Source of the DNA: Klebsiella phage KP13-26
DNA length: 64,000 bases
Reading direction: 5' to 3' (one strand)
Sequence record: OP617743.1
Below the pieces are notes generated by a model that was not told the origin of the DNA, made no database searches, and saw only the letters and a list, made by a program, of their open reading frames with translations. The translations under genes were made by a program, and so were the position numbers. Shown here in pieces: positions 27,502 to 36,206 of this stretch; within the stretch, counting starts at the first letter, position 1; each line of letters starts with the position of its first letter.

Positions 27502-27906
27502 CTACTGTAATTTTAAGGAATTACGCAAACGTTTTTCTTGAGTATCACGAATATTCTGTGGAACATCGTGGATAGAGTTATTCCCATGACGGTTTTCTAC
27601 AACTAAGCTTACCACCTGATATTCGTACTCTTCTGCTAAATCCAGATAAGGAGTAAGTTCTTTCTCCGTGGTGGATGTATTAGATACGATAATCTTGAGG
27701 AAACCCTGTTCCATCGCTTCCTTTACCTTATCTTGGCACCATTTATGTGCTGCATGAACATTCTCAGGTTTCCAATCGTAAACACCATCCTCAGTGTAAT
27801 GAAATTTGTCTGCTTCACAGACAGGCCACAAATCTTCTGCCAACATATCTGCCACTGTGGACTTACCAGCACCAGACACACCACGTAAAATAATAAGTCT
27901 TTTCAT
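27502..27906 (-). CDS. pnk: polynucleotide 5'-kinase (T4 Pnk kinase-domain-like P-loop kinase)
   Basis: LRGVSGAGKST Walker A; overall similarity to the T4 Pnk kinase domain; no HAD phosphatase domain. Confidence 0.7.
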   Translation of the reverse strand: MKRLIILRGVSGAGKSTVADMLAEDLWPVCEADKFHYTEDGVYDWKPENVHAAHKWCQDKVKEAMEQGFLKIIVSNTSTTEKELTPYLDLAEEYEYQVVSLVVENRHGNNSIHDVPQNIRDTQEKRLRNSLKLQ

Positions 27907-28826
27907 TATTTCTCCCTCTCAAAGTACGTTTCGATTTTCTCTCTCCGAACTTGGGAATCTAAAGCTTTCCATTCTTCTTTTTCAAAAGCGAAACGTAGCC
28001 ACTCTAGCAGTGAATAGTATTCTTCGTCAATACGTTTCCTTGCTTCTTGTGGATTATCCCAAATCATATCCCATTTATTATCCCCTCCGCGCATCAGGAA
28101 TTTTTTCGCCAAGTAATGTGGAGATTTGATTTTCATAAGAAGTTCGCTGTTTTCTTCATCTGTTCCGATATTACGGATGACATAACCCTCATGCTGGACA
28201 TGCTGGACATTATAGACCACATCACCAAAAGGAACAACACCCCATGTAGGGCGCTTTGCGCCAATAACCTCAGCAATACGATCAAGCTTATGTTCTTCCA
28301 CCATAACACCGTTCAAAGCAAGGTCACGGACACCAATAAGATATGCCCCTTCTTCCTCATCTATAATGTGCGGATCACTTCTATCACAGATTTCAAAGAT
28401 AAATGTGAAATCCTCTGGAAACGCCACACGGTCAAACTTAAGTTCGTCAAGATGTTTCCGTGCAAGAGTGGAGAACTCGGAATCCAAGGTTCCTGTTGTT
28501 GACACAAGAAGTTTTTCACCACGTACCGCAGCAGTTGCCATAAATCCATTGACTTTACGAACGCACACAACCTGCTGATCAAGTGGTAAGTCTGTTCCAT
28601 TTTCAAAACGATTGAAAATCTTCGTGAAAGGCCAGATAATAACATTATCTTCTGCATCAACAACCATCCCACGGCATTCCAGCAAACGTTGGTCTGTATG
28701 CCATAGGTTATCCCAGAACACATTGTTCTTATATTTAAGAACAGACAGTCCCGCGTATGGGCCATCAATATAAGTCTTTTTCGTGACTAATTTTTTAGCT
28801 ACCAAGTCATCGACATTAAATTTCAT
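27906..28826 (-). CDS. rnl: RNA ligase, Rnl1 family
   Basis: LLECRGMVVD ... WPFTKIFN ... RKVNGFMA parallels T4 Rnl1 ALECRGIMFE ... EKFFN ... KEDGSL (nucleotidyltransferase motif I). Confidence 0.7.
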   Translation of the reverse strand: MKFNVDDLVAKKLVTKKTYIDGPYAGLSVLKYKNNVFWDNLWHTDQRLLECRGMVVDAEDNVIIWPFTKIFNRFENGTDLPLDQQVVCVRKVNGFMATAAVRGEKLLVSTTGTLDSEFSTLARKHLDELKFDRVAFPEDFTFIFEICDRSDPHIIDEEEGAYLIGVRDLALNGVMVEEHKLDRIAEVIGAKRPTWGVVPFGDVVYNVQHVQHEGYVIRNIGTDEENSELLMKIKSPHYLAKKFLMRGGDNKWDMIWDNPQEARKRIDEEYYSLLEWLRFAFEKEEWKALDSQVRREKIETYFEREK

Positions 28827-28828
28827 AA

Positions 28829-29377
28829 CTATTCCTCAATCTTTTTATGGTGATCGATTACCTTCACGTCGCGCGTATCCATAATCTCAATAACTTCATC
28901 GAAATGAATTATTTTACCAACAGCATCCCAACCAACATCCATCATCTTTCCGAATAAATGGTCTGGAAAACTTCCATGTGAGTGCCCATGTAAATGAATT
29001 GAACCACGGCCTTGTTTATTCCATGACGCAATAGGATAGTGACAAAGAACAAAAAATTTCTTTTTATACTTCACCTCTTCATAATACTTCACTTCACCGT
29101 ACTTTTCAAGAACTTCACGGTGTTTTGAGTAATCATGATTCCCAACGATAAAGGTAATCTCACCGTTTAAACGGGAAGCAATGAAATCTGTTTCTTCTGG
29201 CGTACCAAAACAGAAATCTCCAAGATGATACATTTTTGTGCCAGGTGTTTTTGCTTTTTCGTTCCAAGCCGCAATAAGAGCCTCTGTCATCTCTTCCATA
29301 GTTTCCCACGGTCTAAAATTAGGAGCAAACTCCTTGATACGTTTATGCATGAAATGCAGGTCACTTGTCAAATACAT
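28829..29377 (-). CDS. metallophosphoesterase (candidate 2',3'/3'-phosphatase of the RNA-repair cassette)
   Basis: DLHF ... GDF ... GNHD ... HLHGHSHG metallophosphoesterase motifs. Confidence 0.7.
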   Translation of the reverse strand: MYLTSDLHFMHKRIKEFAPNFRPWETMEEMTEALIAAWNEKAKTPGTKMYHLGDFCFGTPEETDFIASRLNGEITFIVGNHDYSKHREVLEKYGEVKYYEEVKYKKKFFVLCHYPIASWNKQGRGSIHLHGHSHGSFPDHLFGKMMDVGWDAVGKIIHFDEVIEIMDTRDVKVIDHHKKIEE

Positions 29378-29736
29378 TAATATAGTCCCTCGCTAAATAG
29401 GTCACGGTGATGACCGTTTCTTTCATAGTTAATCTGATTGGCTGCTTCTGCGATGATATACGCATCTTCGCGACTCCACCAATTATAATACTGATCAATG
29501 AAGCCTTGATCATCAGGAAGACACCAACCTTTCTCCAACAAACCAGCATCCATTAGAACTTTTATCTGTTGGGATAATACCGGATTTGTGTGTCTGACAC
29601 ATGGTACAACCAATTCTTCCCCAGTTGTCAGGATGTATTTGTTAGCCGCACATACAATAACACGTTGAGCGTAAGTCTCTTCGTCATGAATCCAATAGAG
29701 ATGTTGGTAGCAAATATTATCTTTCATCATGATCAT
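29377..29736 (-). CDS. hypothetical protein
   Basis: 119-aa ORF. Confidence 0.45.
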   Translation of the reverse strand: MIMMKDNICYQHLYWIHDEETYAQRVIVCAANKYILTTGEELVVPCVRHTNPVLSQQIKVLMDAGLLEKGWCLPDDQGFIDQYYNWWSREDAYIIAEAANQINYERNGHHRDLFSEGLY

Positions 29737-29896
29737 CTGTACTAATTTTTAGACCACTTGTAATTAATACAACTACAAAAAGTAACCATTCCCATCCCGG
29801 TTTATCATGGTAGATAAGAAATGCTACAGCGAGAAATCCGGTAATAGGAATTGCTGCAAACATAAAAACAGCCAAAATGTCTCTTATTTCTTTCAT
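29717..29896 (-). CDS. small membrane protein (59 aa, 2 TM), missed by the ORF track
   Basis: ATG with a GGAG SD; the start overlaps the upstream stop (ATGA). Confidence 0.35.
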   Translation of the reverse strand: MKEIRDILAVFMFAAIPITGFLAVAFLIYHDKPGWEWLLFVVVLITSGLKISTDDHDER

Positions 29897-30060
29897 TTAG
29901 GTCTCCACATTTCAGGTGTCCAGTAGACATAACATCTGTCCCCAGCAGGGAACCAAAGATTACCGACACGATACATCTCTACTTCTTTTCCTTCTGGTGT
30001 AATGGCAATCACCACCTGATGTGGGTAAGGAAGTTGACCTTGTGCGGGTTTATTCCACAT
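29893..30060 (-). CDS. small protein (55 aa), missed by the ORF track
   Basis: CAGGAGAAATAAC-ATG; W/Y/P-rich. Confidence 0.3.
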   Translation of the reverse strand: MWNKPAQGQLPYPHQVVIAITPEGKEVEMYRVGNLWFPAGDRCYVYWTPEMWRPK

Positions 30061-30074
30061 GTTATTTCTCCTGT

Positions 30075-30206
30075 CTACTCGTCTTCAAAGTGTGAATCAT
30101 AGTAACAATAATCGAAACTGTCAAGGGCTTTCTGCACATCAGGCCAATGGTCTGTTTCTTTATAGATATACCACCCATCACCTTCATCTACCCAGATAAC
30201 GTACAT
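30075..30206 (-). CDS. small acidic protein (43 aa), missed by the ORF track
   Basis: GAGGAA SD then ATG; ends in TAG. Confidence 0.25.
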   Translation of the reverse strand: MYVIWVDEGDGWYIYKETDHWPDVQKALDSFDYCYYDSHFEDE

Positions 30207-30216
30207 ATTTGTTTCC

Positions 30217-30558
30217 TCAATAGTGTTTACGAATCAGTTCAATACCGTAACGAGCAAGATGCTCCTTTGCCAGCATGAATTTCTGTGCAGCAGATGGATT
30301 GGATGTATGCACATAGATACTCTGCAAACCTTTAAAACCTCCCGCAGCAATCATGCTCTCCAGTCTGGTGAATACATAATATCCATCGTACCCAGGGCCG
30401 AGGTCATTGTCAAAGTGAATTTCAGTCACTTCGTTTGTAATGCCTTTGAACTGAAGATTCATGTACAAACTCCAGATGCCTTGTGCGGATTTAACCCAGA
30501 TAGCTTCTGGGTAGCCGTAGTCTTTAGGATCACGTAAATCATCAAGCCAAATTCTCAT
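30217..30558 (-). CDS. hypothetical protein (MRIWLDDLRDP ...)
   Basis: ATG overlapping the upstream TGA (ATGA); conserved-looking acidic pocket (IWLDD, FDNDLGPG). Confidence 0.5.
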   Translation of the reverse strand: MRIWLDDLRDPKDYGYPEAIWVKSAQGIWSLYMNLQFKGITNEVTEIHFDNDLGPGYDGYYVFTRLESMIAAGGFKGLQSIYVHTSNPSAAQKFMLAKEHLARYGIELIRKHY

Positions 30559-30710
30559 ACCTTTTGCACCCAACCTTTTTCGATTAGGATATCGAAGATA
30601 GGCATATGCTCGTTATATTCCAAGACATCGCCTACCTTGTGTGCGCCAAGGATTGACAAAGCAATATGGTAGTTGTCAAACGCTCGGATATCAGTGATAC
30701 GTAGTTTCAT
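30555..30710 (-). CDS. small protein (51 aa), missed by the ORF track
   Basis: GGAGG SD; stop/start ATGA overlap with the downstream gene. Confidence 0.3.
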   Translation of the reverse strand: MKLRITDIRAFDNYHIALSILGAHKVGDVLEYNEHMPIFDILIEKGWVQKV

Positions 30711-31033
30711 TTCTTCTTCCTCCCTTTCGGTTTCTCATAAAGTCCCAATACCGCAGATTCTTTCGCACATATTGGAACTGTAGTCATGCCACGTCTTTTT
30801 GCATCTGGCATGTGCAATTCCCACCATCCCCACCAGTAGAGTTGATCCTGCGTGAGAGGTTCAGCCATAGGATCTGCCTCCTGCTCTTCAAAGCGTTGGA
30901 GCGCCTCTTCAATCTTCTCAATCGGTGTGTCAAAGACAAATGCCTCCGTGTCAAACTTAGGTTTCGGTGCAGATGGAGATGCTCGCTTAGTAGCGGGTTT
31001 TCGAGCGGATTGCTTCTTCGGTGTTTTCGCCAC
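30707..31033 (-). CDS. basic N-terminal (K/P/A-rich) protein, possibly nucleic-acid binding
   Basis: GTG start with a GGAGGTG SD; MAKTPKKQSARKPATKRASPSAPKPK. Confidence 0.45.
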   Translation of the reverse strand: MAKTPKKQSARKPATKRASPSAPKPKFDTEAFVFDTPIEKIEEALQRFEEQEADPMAEPLTQDQLYWWGWWELHMPDAKRRGMTTVPICAKESAVLGLYEKPKGRKKK

Positions 31034-31226
31034 TCACCACCTCCATACGATCTAAGAAGTCTCCCTGGAAACGCCAGTATTGTGTACCACTACGAAGATC
31101 TTCGTAGATCACAATAGGATCAAACACCTTTGATACGCCAGCAGGGGAAGGGAAACTAACCACTGAATACAATCCACCTTTACCCACACAAGAATAGGTA
31201 ACACCTGTAAGCGGAAATTTACTCAT
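30987..31226 (-). CDS. hypothetical protein
   Basis: 79-aa ORF overlapping out of frame. Confidence 0.4.
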   Translation of the reverse strand: MSKFPLTGVTYSCVGKGGLYSVVSFPSPAGVSKVFDPIVIYEDLRSGTQYWRFQGDFLDRMEVVSGENTEEAIRSKTRY

Positions 31227-31408
31227 TTTCGCATATACTCCAAAACAGGAACATGATCTGCTGTGAGAGTAACACTATTATATGTCACTTCACCCCACTC
31301 AATCAACTCAGCAACCCAAATAAGAAAATGTTCTTTGGCCTCTGCATAGTTGTGTGTTTGTTTAACATCATGAATACCACCCAAGGTTACACGATAAATA
31401 GGAGCCAT
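31223..31408 (-). CDS. hypothetical protein
   Basis: ATG at 31408 with a GTGGAGAAA SD. Confidence 0.45.
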   Translation of the reverse strand: MAPIYRVTLGGIHDVKQTHNYAEAKEHFLIWVAELIEWGEVTYNSVTLTADHVPVLEYMRK

Positions 31409-31409
31409 A

Positions 31410-31631
31410 TTATTTCTCCACTCGGAAAGACATAATATCACCGGGCTGAGGATCATTTTCATCAATCCACCATTCTTCTGCCTCATCCCTGCCTGTACGC
31501 ACATTGTGGAATACTTCTCCATCCCGATGGAGAACCGTCACTAACGTACCTTCTGGTACTGGGAAATAAGGTTCTTTATCACCATCGACACCCCAATTAT
31601 ACCATACGCCTTTTTCATATTCGCTCATCAT
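31410..31631 (-). CDS. hypothetical protein
   Basis: 73-aa ORF. Confidence 0.45.
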   Translation of the reverse strand: MMSEYEKGVWYNWGVDGDKEPYFPVPEGTLVTVLHRDGEVFHNVRTGRDEAEEWWIDENDPQPGDIMSFRVEK

Positions 31632-31930
31632 TTCTCCTCACAAACAAGTTGTAGTTGTCGTTCCAAGGGAATCTTGTTCCCAAATTGGAAGTTGATTAAT
31701 TTGCAATCAAGGTCGATGATCTGATTACGATCCAAACCAACTACCTTAACAGAGTTACCAACGTACCACTCTACGTGGTCGAAGTCAAGCATTGTATTTG
31801 CTTTTTCTAAGATAAACTCCAATTGCTTCCATTCCACCGACATATCATCGTCATGGAAAGCAGCACAGAAAGCTTCACCGTTATAGAATCCGCGAAGCTC
31901 TCCTATCAAAGTTGTATGTGTAAAGTCCAT
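31628..31930 (-). CDS. hypothetical protein
   Basis: 100-aa ORF. Confidence 0.45.
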   Translation of the reverse strand: MDFTHTTLIGELRGFYNGEAFCAAFHDDDMSVEWKQLEFILEKANTMLDFDHVEWYVGNSVKVVGLDRNQIIDLDCKLINFQFGNKIPLERQLQLVCEEK

Positions 31931-31948
31931 CAGACCTCCTGTATCGCG

Positions 31949-32089
31949 TTATGAGCCGTTTTCTTTCTCTGGATGATAAACCACTAGCCGTGGCTTGTCA
32001 ATGCCCTCACGGAGCGTTCTACGGCGTGATGCACCACCTCTCTTATACTTAGGTGTGAGGTCTTTTACTTGGTCTAAATTAATTTTCAT
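31949..32089 (-). CDS. small basic protein (about 46 aa), first gene of the leftward block
   Basis: AAAGGAGAAAA-ATG; R/K-rich. Confidence 0.35.
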   Translation of the reverse strand: MKINLDQVKDLTPKYKRGGASRRRTLREGIDKPRLVVYHPEKENGS

Positions 32090-32377
32090 TTTTCTCCTTT
32101 GCAGTATTGACTTTTGTTTTTATATATGCTACCCTAAACACGAAGTTCGCCGAGCGAAGCGAGGGGAGATTCTAGTGTTTGTTATGTGTATATACTATAT
32201 GTATTGTACAGAGTATCATAGATCTGTTATGTTACTCAATGACAGTACTATAGTATAAGTAGATTATATAATCAATAATTAATTTACTATTAATTAATTA
32301 TTAATTTATAAATAACTATTGACCTATGGTGTCTAGCTATGTACACTAGCGTCTATCAACTAAAGAAGGAGAAAGAT
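32090..32377. promoter_or_regulatory. AT-rich divergent control region (start of leftward and rightward transcription; possible origin)
   Basis: No ORFs; >80% A+T with tandem TTAATT repeats; TTGACC-N17-TACACT on the plus strand; flanked by genes on opposite strands. Confidence 0.5.
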
Positions 32378-32593
32378 ATGCCAAACATGAGTTATTGTAT
32401 GTTCGAGAACACATCGAATGATATGCAAGATATCATCAACAAGATGTATGAAGATGATTTCACACCTTCACAGCTATCCCCACGTGAGCGTAGAGCCTAT
32501 GATGCTCTCTGGGAACAGGCTGAGGCAATCCTTGATCGTCTGAGTGAAATTGAAGCAATGGAAGAAGCGGAGGAGGAAGAAGATGAAGATTAA
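32378..32593 (+). CDS. hypothetical acidic protein
   Basis: AAGGAGAAAGAT-ATG; acidic EEEEDED tail. Confidence 0.5.
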   Translation: MPNMSYCMFENTSNDMQDIINKMYEDDFTPSQLSPRERRAYDALWEQAEAILDRLSEIEAMEEAEEEEDED

Positions 32594-33476
32594 TGTTATT
32601 GACCAGTGGGGTCACGATAATGATATTCCAGTAAAGGTGTTCACCTTCTCCGGTGGTGAAGTGCATGTGAAGATTGATATGGAGGCTTTCAAATCTTCTT
32701 TCATTGACTTAACTACTATTCAAAAAGTAGAAGTTCACCAAGATATCCGTTCCTCAGATGATTTTATGGCTGTGGTAATGGTGAAGGATGCTTTGGACGA
32801 AATCTTACGATTCAATCCAAAACCGATTGAACTGTTTTCCCTATACGTTCCGTATGCACGACAAGATCGTTACTGCGAGAAAGGAGAAGCCTTTGGTGTG
32901 AAATCTTTCGCTCGTCTTCTGAACAGCTTGGAGTTCTCTCGTGTAGTGGTGGCTGATCCACACAGCGAAGTGACCCCAGCAGTGATTACCAATCTGGATG
33001 CCATTCCTCAAGATGAGATTGCTTTCCATGCTTTGAAATGGAAACTTCGTATGGAGCATTTTGAGTTGGTTAGCCCAGATGGTGGAGCATTGAAGAAAAT
33101 CTTCAAACTGGCTAAACGTATGGGGCTTCCTGTGCATTGTGCAGATAAGATTCGTGATACGGCTACTGGAGACATCATTCGCACGGATATCAGTGTGCAA
33201 GACTTCCACGGTGCAAACCTTATGATTGTGGACGATATTTGTGATGGCGGGCGCACGTTCATTGAGCTAGCTAAGGTACTTCGTGAACGCAATGCTGGGA
33301 AGATTGAATTATATGTTACCCACGGTATTTTCTCTAAAGGTGTAGATGTGTTTGATGGGTATGTTGACTGCATTCACTCATTTAATGTGTGGGACAACAA
33401 TGTGCAGGATACAAACATAAAAGGTCTTCTGGTGATCAATCAGGAAGAAGTACAACGGCAGGTTATTTCTAAATAA
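32583..33476 (+). CDS. prs: ribose-phosphate pyrophosphokinase (PRPP synthetase)
   Basis: FSGGEVHVKID, PYARQDR and PRPP-binding DDICDGGRTF motifs; GGAGGAAGAAG-ATG. Confidence 0.85.
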   Translation: MKINVIDQWGHDNDIPVKVFTFSGGEVHVKIDMEAFKSSFIDLTTIQKVEVHQDIRSSDDFMAVVMVKDALDEILRFNPKPIELFSLYVPYARQDRYCEKGEAFGVKSFARLLNSLEFSRVVVADPHSEVTPAVITNLDAIPQDEIAFHALKWKLRMEHFELVSPDGGALKKIFKLAKRMGLPVHCADKIRDTATGDIIRTDISVQDFHGANLMIVDDICDGGRTFIELAKVLRERNAGKIELYVTHGIFSKGVDVFDGYVDCIHSFNVWDNNVQDTNIKGLLVINQEEVQRQVISK

Positions 33477-33486
33477 GGAGAAACTC

Positions 33487-33690
33487 ATGAAAGTTAAAGT
33501 TCAATATGTTGGCCCAGGTACAGAATCAGGCTTCTGGAAGACAGAAGATCTGACCATTGGTAAAATTTATGATGGTGAGCTTGAAGATGGTTTGGTTCAT
33601 CTTCATGATGATGTAAACTACCTCATCACACGAGCAGTGAAAGGTTTGGCTGTAGACCCTTGCGAGGAATATTTTGTAATCGTTGAATAA
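33487..33690 (+). CDS. hypothetical protein
   Basis: 67-aa ORF. Confidence 0.45.
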   Translation: MKVKVQYVGPGTESGFWKTEDLTIGKIYDGELEDGLVHLHDDVNYLITRAVKGLAVDPCEEYFVIVE

Positions 33691-33759
33691 TAAGTGTTGA
33701 CTTTGTGGAGAGGATGAATTAATCTTCTCCCATCGAAACAAACATGAAAGGAGAAATAA

Positions 33760-35523
33760 ATGGAAATTTTTGCACCGTTTGCTGCTGATTGGTATAAACC
33801 TGGTCACAAGCCGATGTACAACCAGAACACAAAGCTGATCTTCTCTAACCTGACACCACGTAATGACAAAAACTTTGCTCATTACGCTGATAAGAACGCT
33901 CGTGGCGTTATTGTCTTGGGTCTGCGCCGCATGGTAATGGACTCAATGGTTGGAATCTGGAAGAAATTCTTCAAGATGAAGCGTGAAGCTGCCGTGAAGA
34001 AATTTGCTCGTATGTCCAAAAACGCACTTGGCGCTGCTGCACCATCAGCAGAATGTTGGGGTGAACTTCACGATCTGGGTTATCTGCCAGTTGAAATCCG
34101 CGCTCTGCCGGAAGGTATTCTGTCACCGATTGGTATTCCGGTGTATACCATCCATAACACCGTAGAGAAATTCTTCTGGGTGACTAACTACATCGAAACA
34201 CTTATGTCAACCGAAAGCTGGAAAACGATCACCAACGCAACCGCTGCGTTCCAGTATAAGCGTGTGGCAATGTCCTACGCCCTGGCAACCTGTGACAACG
34301 TGGATCACGTTAACTTCCAGTGTCATGATTTCAGTCTGCGTGGTTTGTCCAACATAGAAGACGGGTATAAGAGTGGCATCGCTCACTTAGCGTCGTTCAC
34401 TGGTACAGATAACATTCTGGCTATTGAAGCTGTCCACGAATACTATGGTATTGATGACGACCAGTTTGTAGCTGGTAGTATCCCTGCTTCTGAACACTCA
34501 GTGGCAACTACCAATATCAGTCGTATCGTAAAAGACTTGGAAGAGCACTTCCCTCACTTAGCAGGGGATGTAGATGGTCTTCGTTATCTGGCTGAGAAGG
34601 AATTCCTTCTGACTTTCATCCGAGACATTGTGCCGGAAGGTTTCTGCTCTTATGTTGCAGACTCTTACGATTATTGGGCTGTGCTGACTAGTATTCTACC
34701 GGAACTGAAAGAAGAAATCATGATGCGTAATGGTCGTTTGGTTGTTCGTCCTGATTCTGGTGATCCGGTGAAAGTTGTTGCTGGTTATTATGTAGCAACA
34801 CAAGATGAATGGGTGAATAACTCCGCAACTGTACCTGCGATTGAAGCAGTATTGTTCAGGAACGGTAAATATGTGAGTATGGAGACTTTAGCCAAAGATA
34901 CTTCTTGGATGCGAGATTCCGAAGGTAACGTTGTAGATTTTAATGCGTTAACTGGTGATGAATTCTCAGACTTTGTTCCAGAACATGAAATCAAAGGTTC
35001 TATCCAGATCCTGTGGGAAATCTTCGGTGGTGAAGTGAATAACAAAGGCTACAAAGTGCTGGATAGCCACATCGGCATGATTTATGGAGATTCCATCACT
35101 GTTAAACGTGAAATTGAAATCCTGAAACGCTTGAAAGCAAATGGTTTTGCTTCTTCAAACATCGTATTTGGTGTTGGTAGCTTCACCTATGAGTTTAACA
35201 CTCGTGATACCTTTGGTATTGCTGTGAAAGCTACTGGCTGCTTCATTGACAATTACGAAATCATGGTGAGCAAAGAACCGAAAACAGATCCAAGTAAACG
35301 CTCTGCGAAAGGATTCATCAAGGTTGTTCGTAAAGATGGTATCCTGCATCAAGTGGATAACATCTCGTTTGAAGAGATCAATGATGAAGATAACCTGCTT
35401 CAACCCATCTTCCGTAATGGAAATGTGTTGATTCCCCAGGTGAACGGTCGGGACGAAGATTTCAACGATATCCGTGCTCGTCTGGATAAAGAGGTTATGA
35501 ATCATTTGATTGAAGTGAAATAG
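33760..35523 (+). CDS. nadV: nicotinamide phosphoribosyltransferase (NadV/NAMPT family)
   Basis: 587 aa of the NAPRTase/NAMPT family (GTDN, SGDP regions); adjacent to prs. Confidence 0.8.
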   Translation: MEIFAPFAADWYKPGHKPMYNQNTKLIFSNLTPRNDKNFAHYADKNARGVIVLGLRRMVMDSMVGIWKKFFKMKREAAVKKFARMSKNALGAAAPSAECWGELHDLGYLPVEIRALPEGILSPIGIPVYTIHNTVEKFFWVTNYIETLMSTESWKTITNATAAFQYKRVAMSYALATCDNVDHVNFQCHDFSLRGLSNIEDGYKSGIAHLASFTGTDNILAIEAVHEYYGIDDDQFVAGSIPASEHSVATTNISRIVKDLEEHFPHLAGDVDGLRYLAEKEFLLTFIRDIVPEGFCSYVADSYDYWAVLTSILPELKEEIMMRNGRLVVRPDSGDPVKVVAGYYVATQDEWVNNSATVPAIEAVLFRNGKYVSMETLAKDTSWMRDSEGNVVDFNALTGDEFSDFVPEHEIKGSIQILWEIFGGEVNNKGYKVLDSHIGMIYGDSITVKREIEILKRLKANGFASSNIVFGVGSFTYEFNTRDTFGIAVKATGCFIDNYEIMVSKEPKTDPSKRSAKGFIKVVRKDGILHQVDNISFEEINDEDNLLQPIFRNGNVLIPQVNGRDEDFNDIRARLDKEVMNHLIEVK

Positions 35524-35601
35524 TTGACGAAATGAAACCTTCGTGTTAAGATAAAAGTGAGGAGAAGCCGATTATCACCCTATCGGGTTCACGAAGGTTT
35601 T

Positions 35602-35823
35602 ATGAAACAACACAACTTTTATTTTAGGTGTCGAGCCTGTAATAGATTATTAAAGAATCACTCCAAACGAGATAAGAATGGTCTTATCCAGGAATCAGAT
35701 CTTTGCTCGATTTGTACAGGCTTGGCATTTGATGATAGCCCCGAAAGGGCATATCAACATCAAGGTATTACAGATTTATTTTTAACTATGTCGAATGGTG
35801 ATGATGAAATAGATACAAATTAG
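35602..35823 (+). CDS. zinc-finger protein
   Basis: CRACN ... CSICTG; ATG with a GAAGG SD. Confidence 0.4.
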   Translation: MKQHNFYFRCRACNRLLKNHSKRDKNGLIQESDLCSICTGLAFDDSPERAYQHQGITDLFLTMSNGDDEIDTN

Positions 35824-35825
35824 TA

Positions 35826-35855
35826 TTGACAAGCATTGTAATCTTTTGATAAGAT
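35826..35855 (+). promoter_or_regulatory. sigma70-like promoter TTGACA-N18-TAAGAT
   Basis: Perfect -35; upstream of the 35876 gene. Confidence 0.5.
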
Positions 35856-35875
35856 TCTAAACAGAGGAGAAAATT

Positions 35876-36151
35876 ATGGAAGAGCAGATTGATGTTAGTG
35901 GACTACTTAAGCATTTGATTACGGATCAAGATGAAAATACATTTTTTATTTTTAATCCTGAAAGCATGTTTGTAGAGCAAACAGACGGTTCATTGCTTCT
36001 GCGTGAAGACGCAGCTAAAGATAAAGAGATTTTAAATATAGATTTACTTCTCGACGAGATGGGTTTACCTCGTAGTCAAGAAACTGTGTTGGCACTTATT
36101 TATGCTCTTCTTAGCCGTAAAGATGATGAAGAATTTAAAAATTTCGCTTAA
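35876..36151 (+). CDS. hypothetical protein
   Basis: GAGGAGAAAATT-ATG. Confidence 0.5.
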   Translation: MEEQIDVSGLLKHLITDQDENTFFIFNPESMFVEQTDGSLLLREDAAKDKEILNIDLLLDEMGLPRSQETVLALIYALLSRKDDEEFKNFA

Positions 36152-36156
36152 AAGTG

Positions 36157-36186
36157 TTGACACGAAGTATTATTTTATGTTAGAGT
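36157..36186 (+). promoter_or_regulatory. sigma70-like promoter TTGACA-N18-TAGAGT driving the tRNA array
   Basis: Perfect -35; the first tRNA-like gene begins about 20 nt downstream. Confidence 0.55.
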
Positions 36187-36206
36187 AATACTTCTTTCTT
36201 AAATAT

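Noticed and set aside
79-31930. Many plus-strand ORFs of 60-150 aa inside the leftward gene block (for example 389..748, 2643..2963, 28047..28502, 23776..24234, 35155..35505 on the opposite strand of NadV)
   Set aside because: They are antisense to long, well-supported genes. They have Cys/His/Phe-rich, low-complexity translations, no SD sequences and no homology signals, so they are shadow ORFs.
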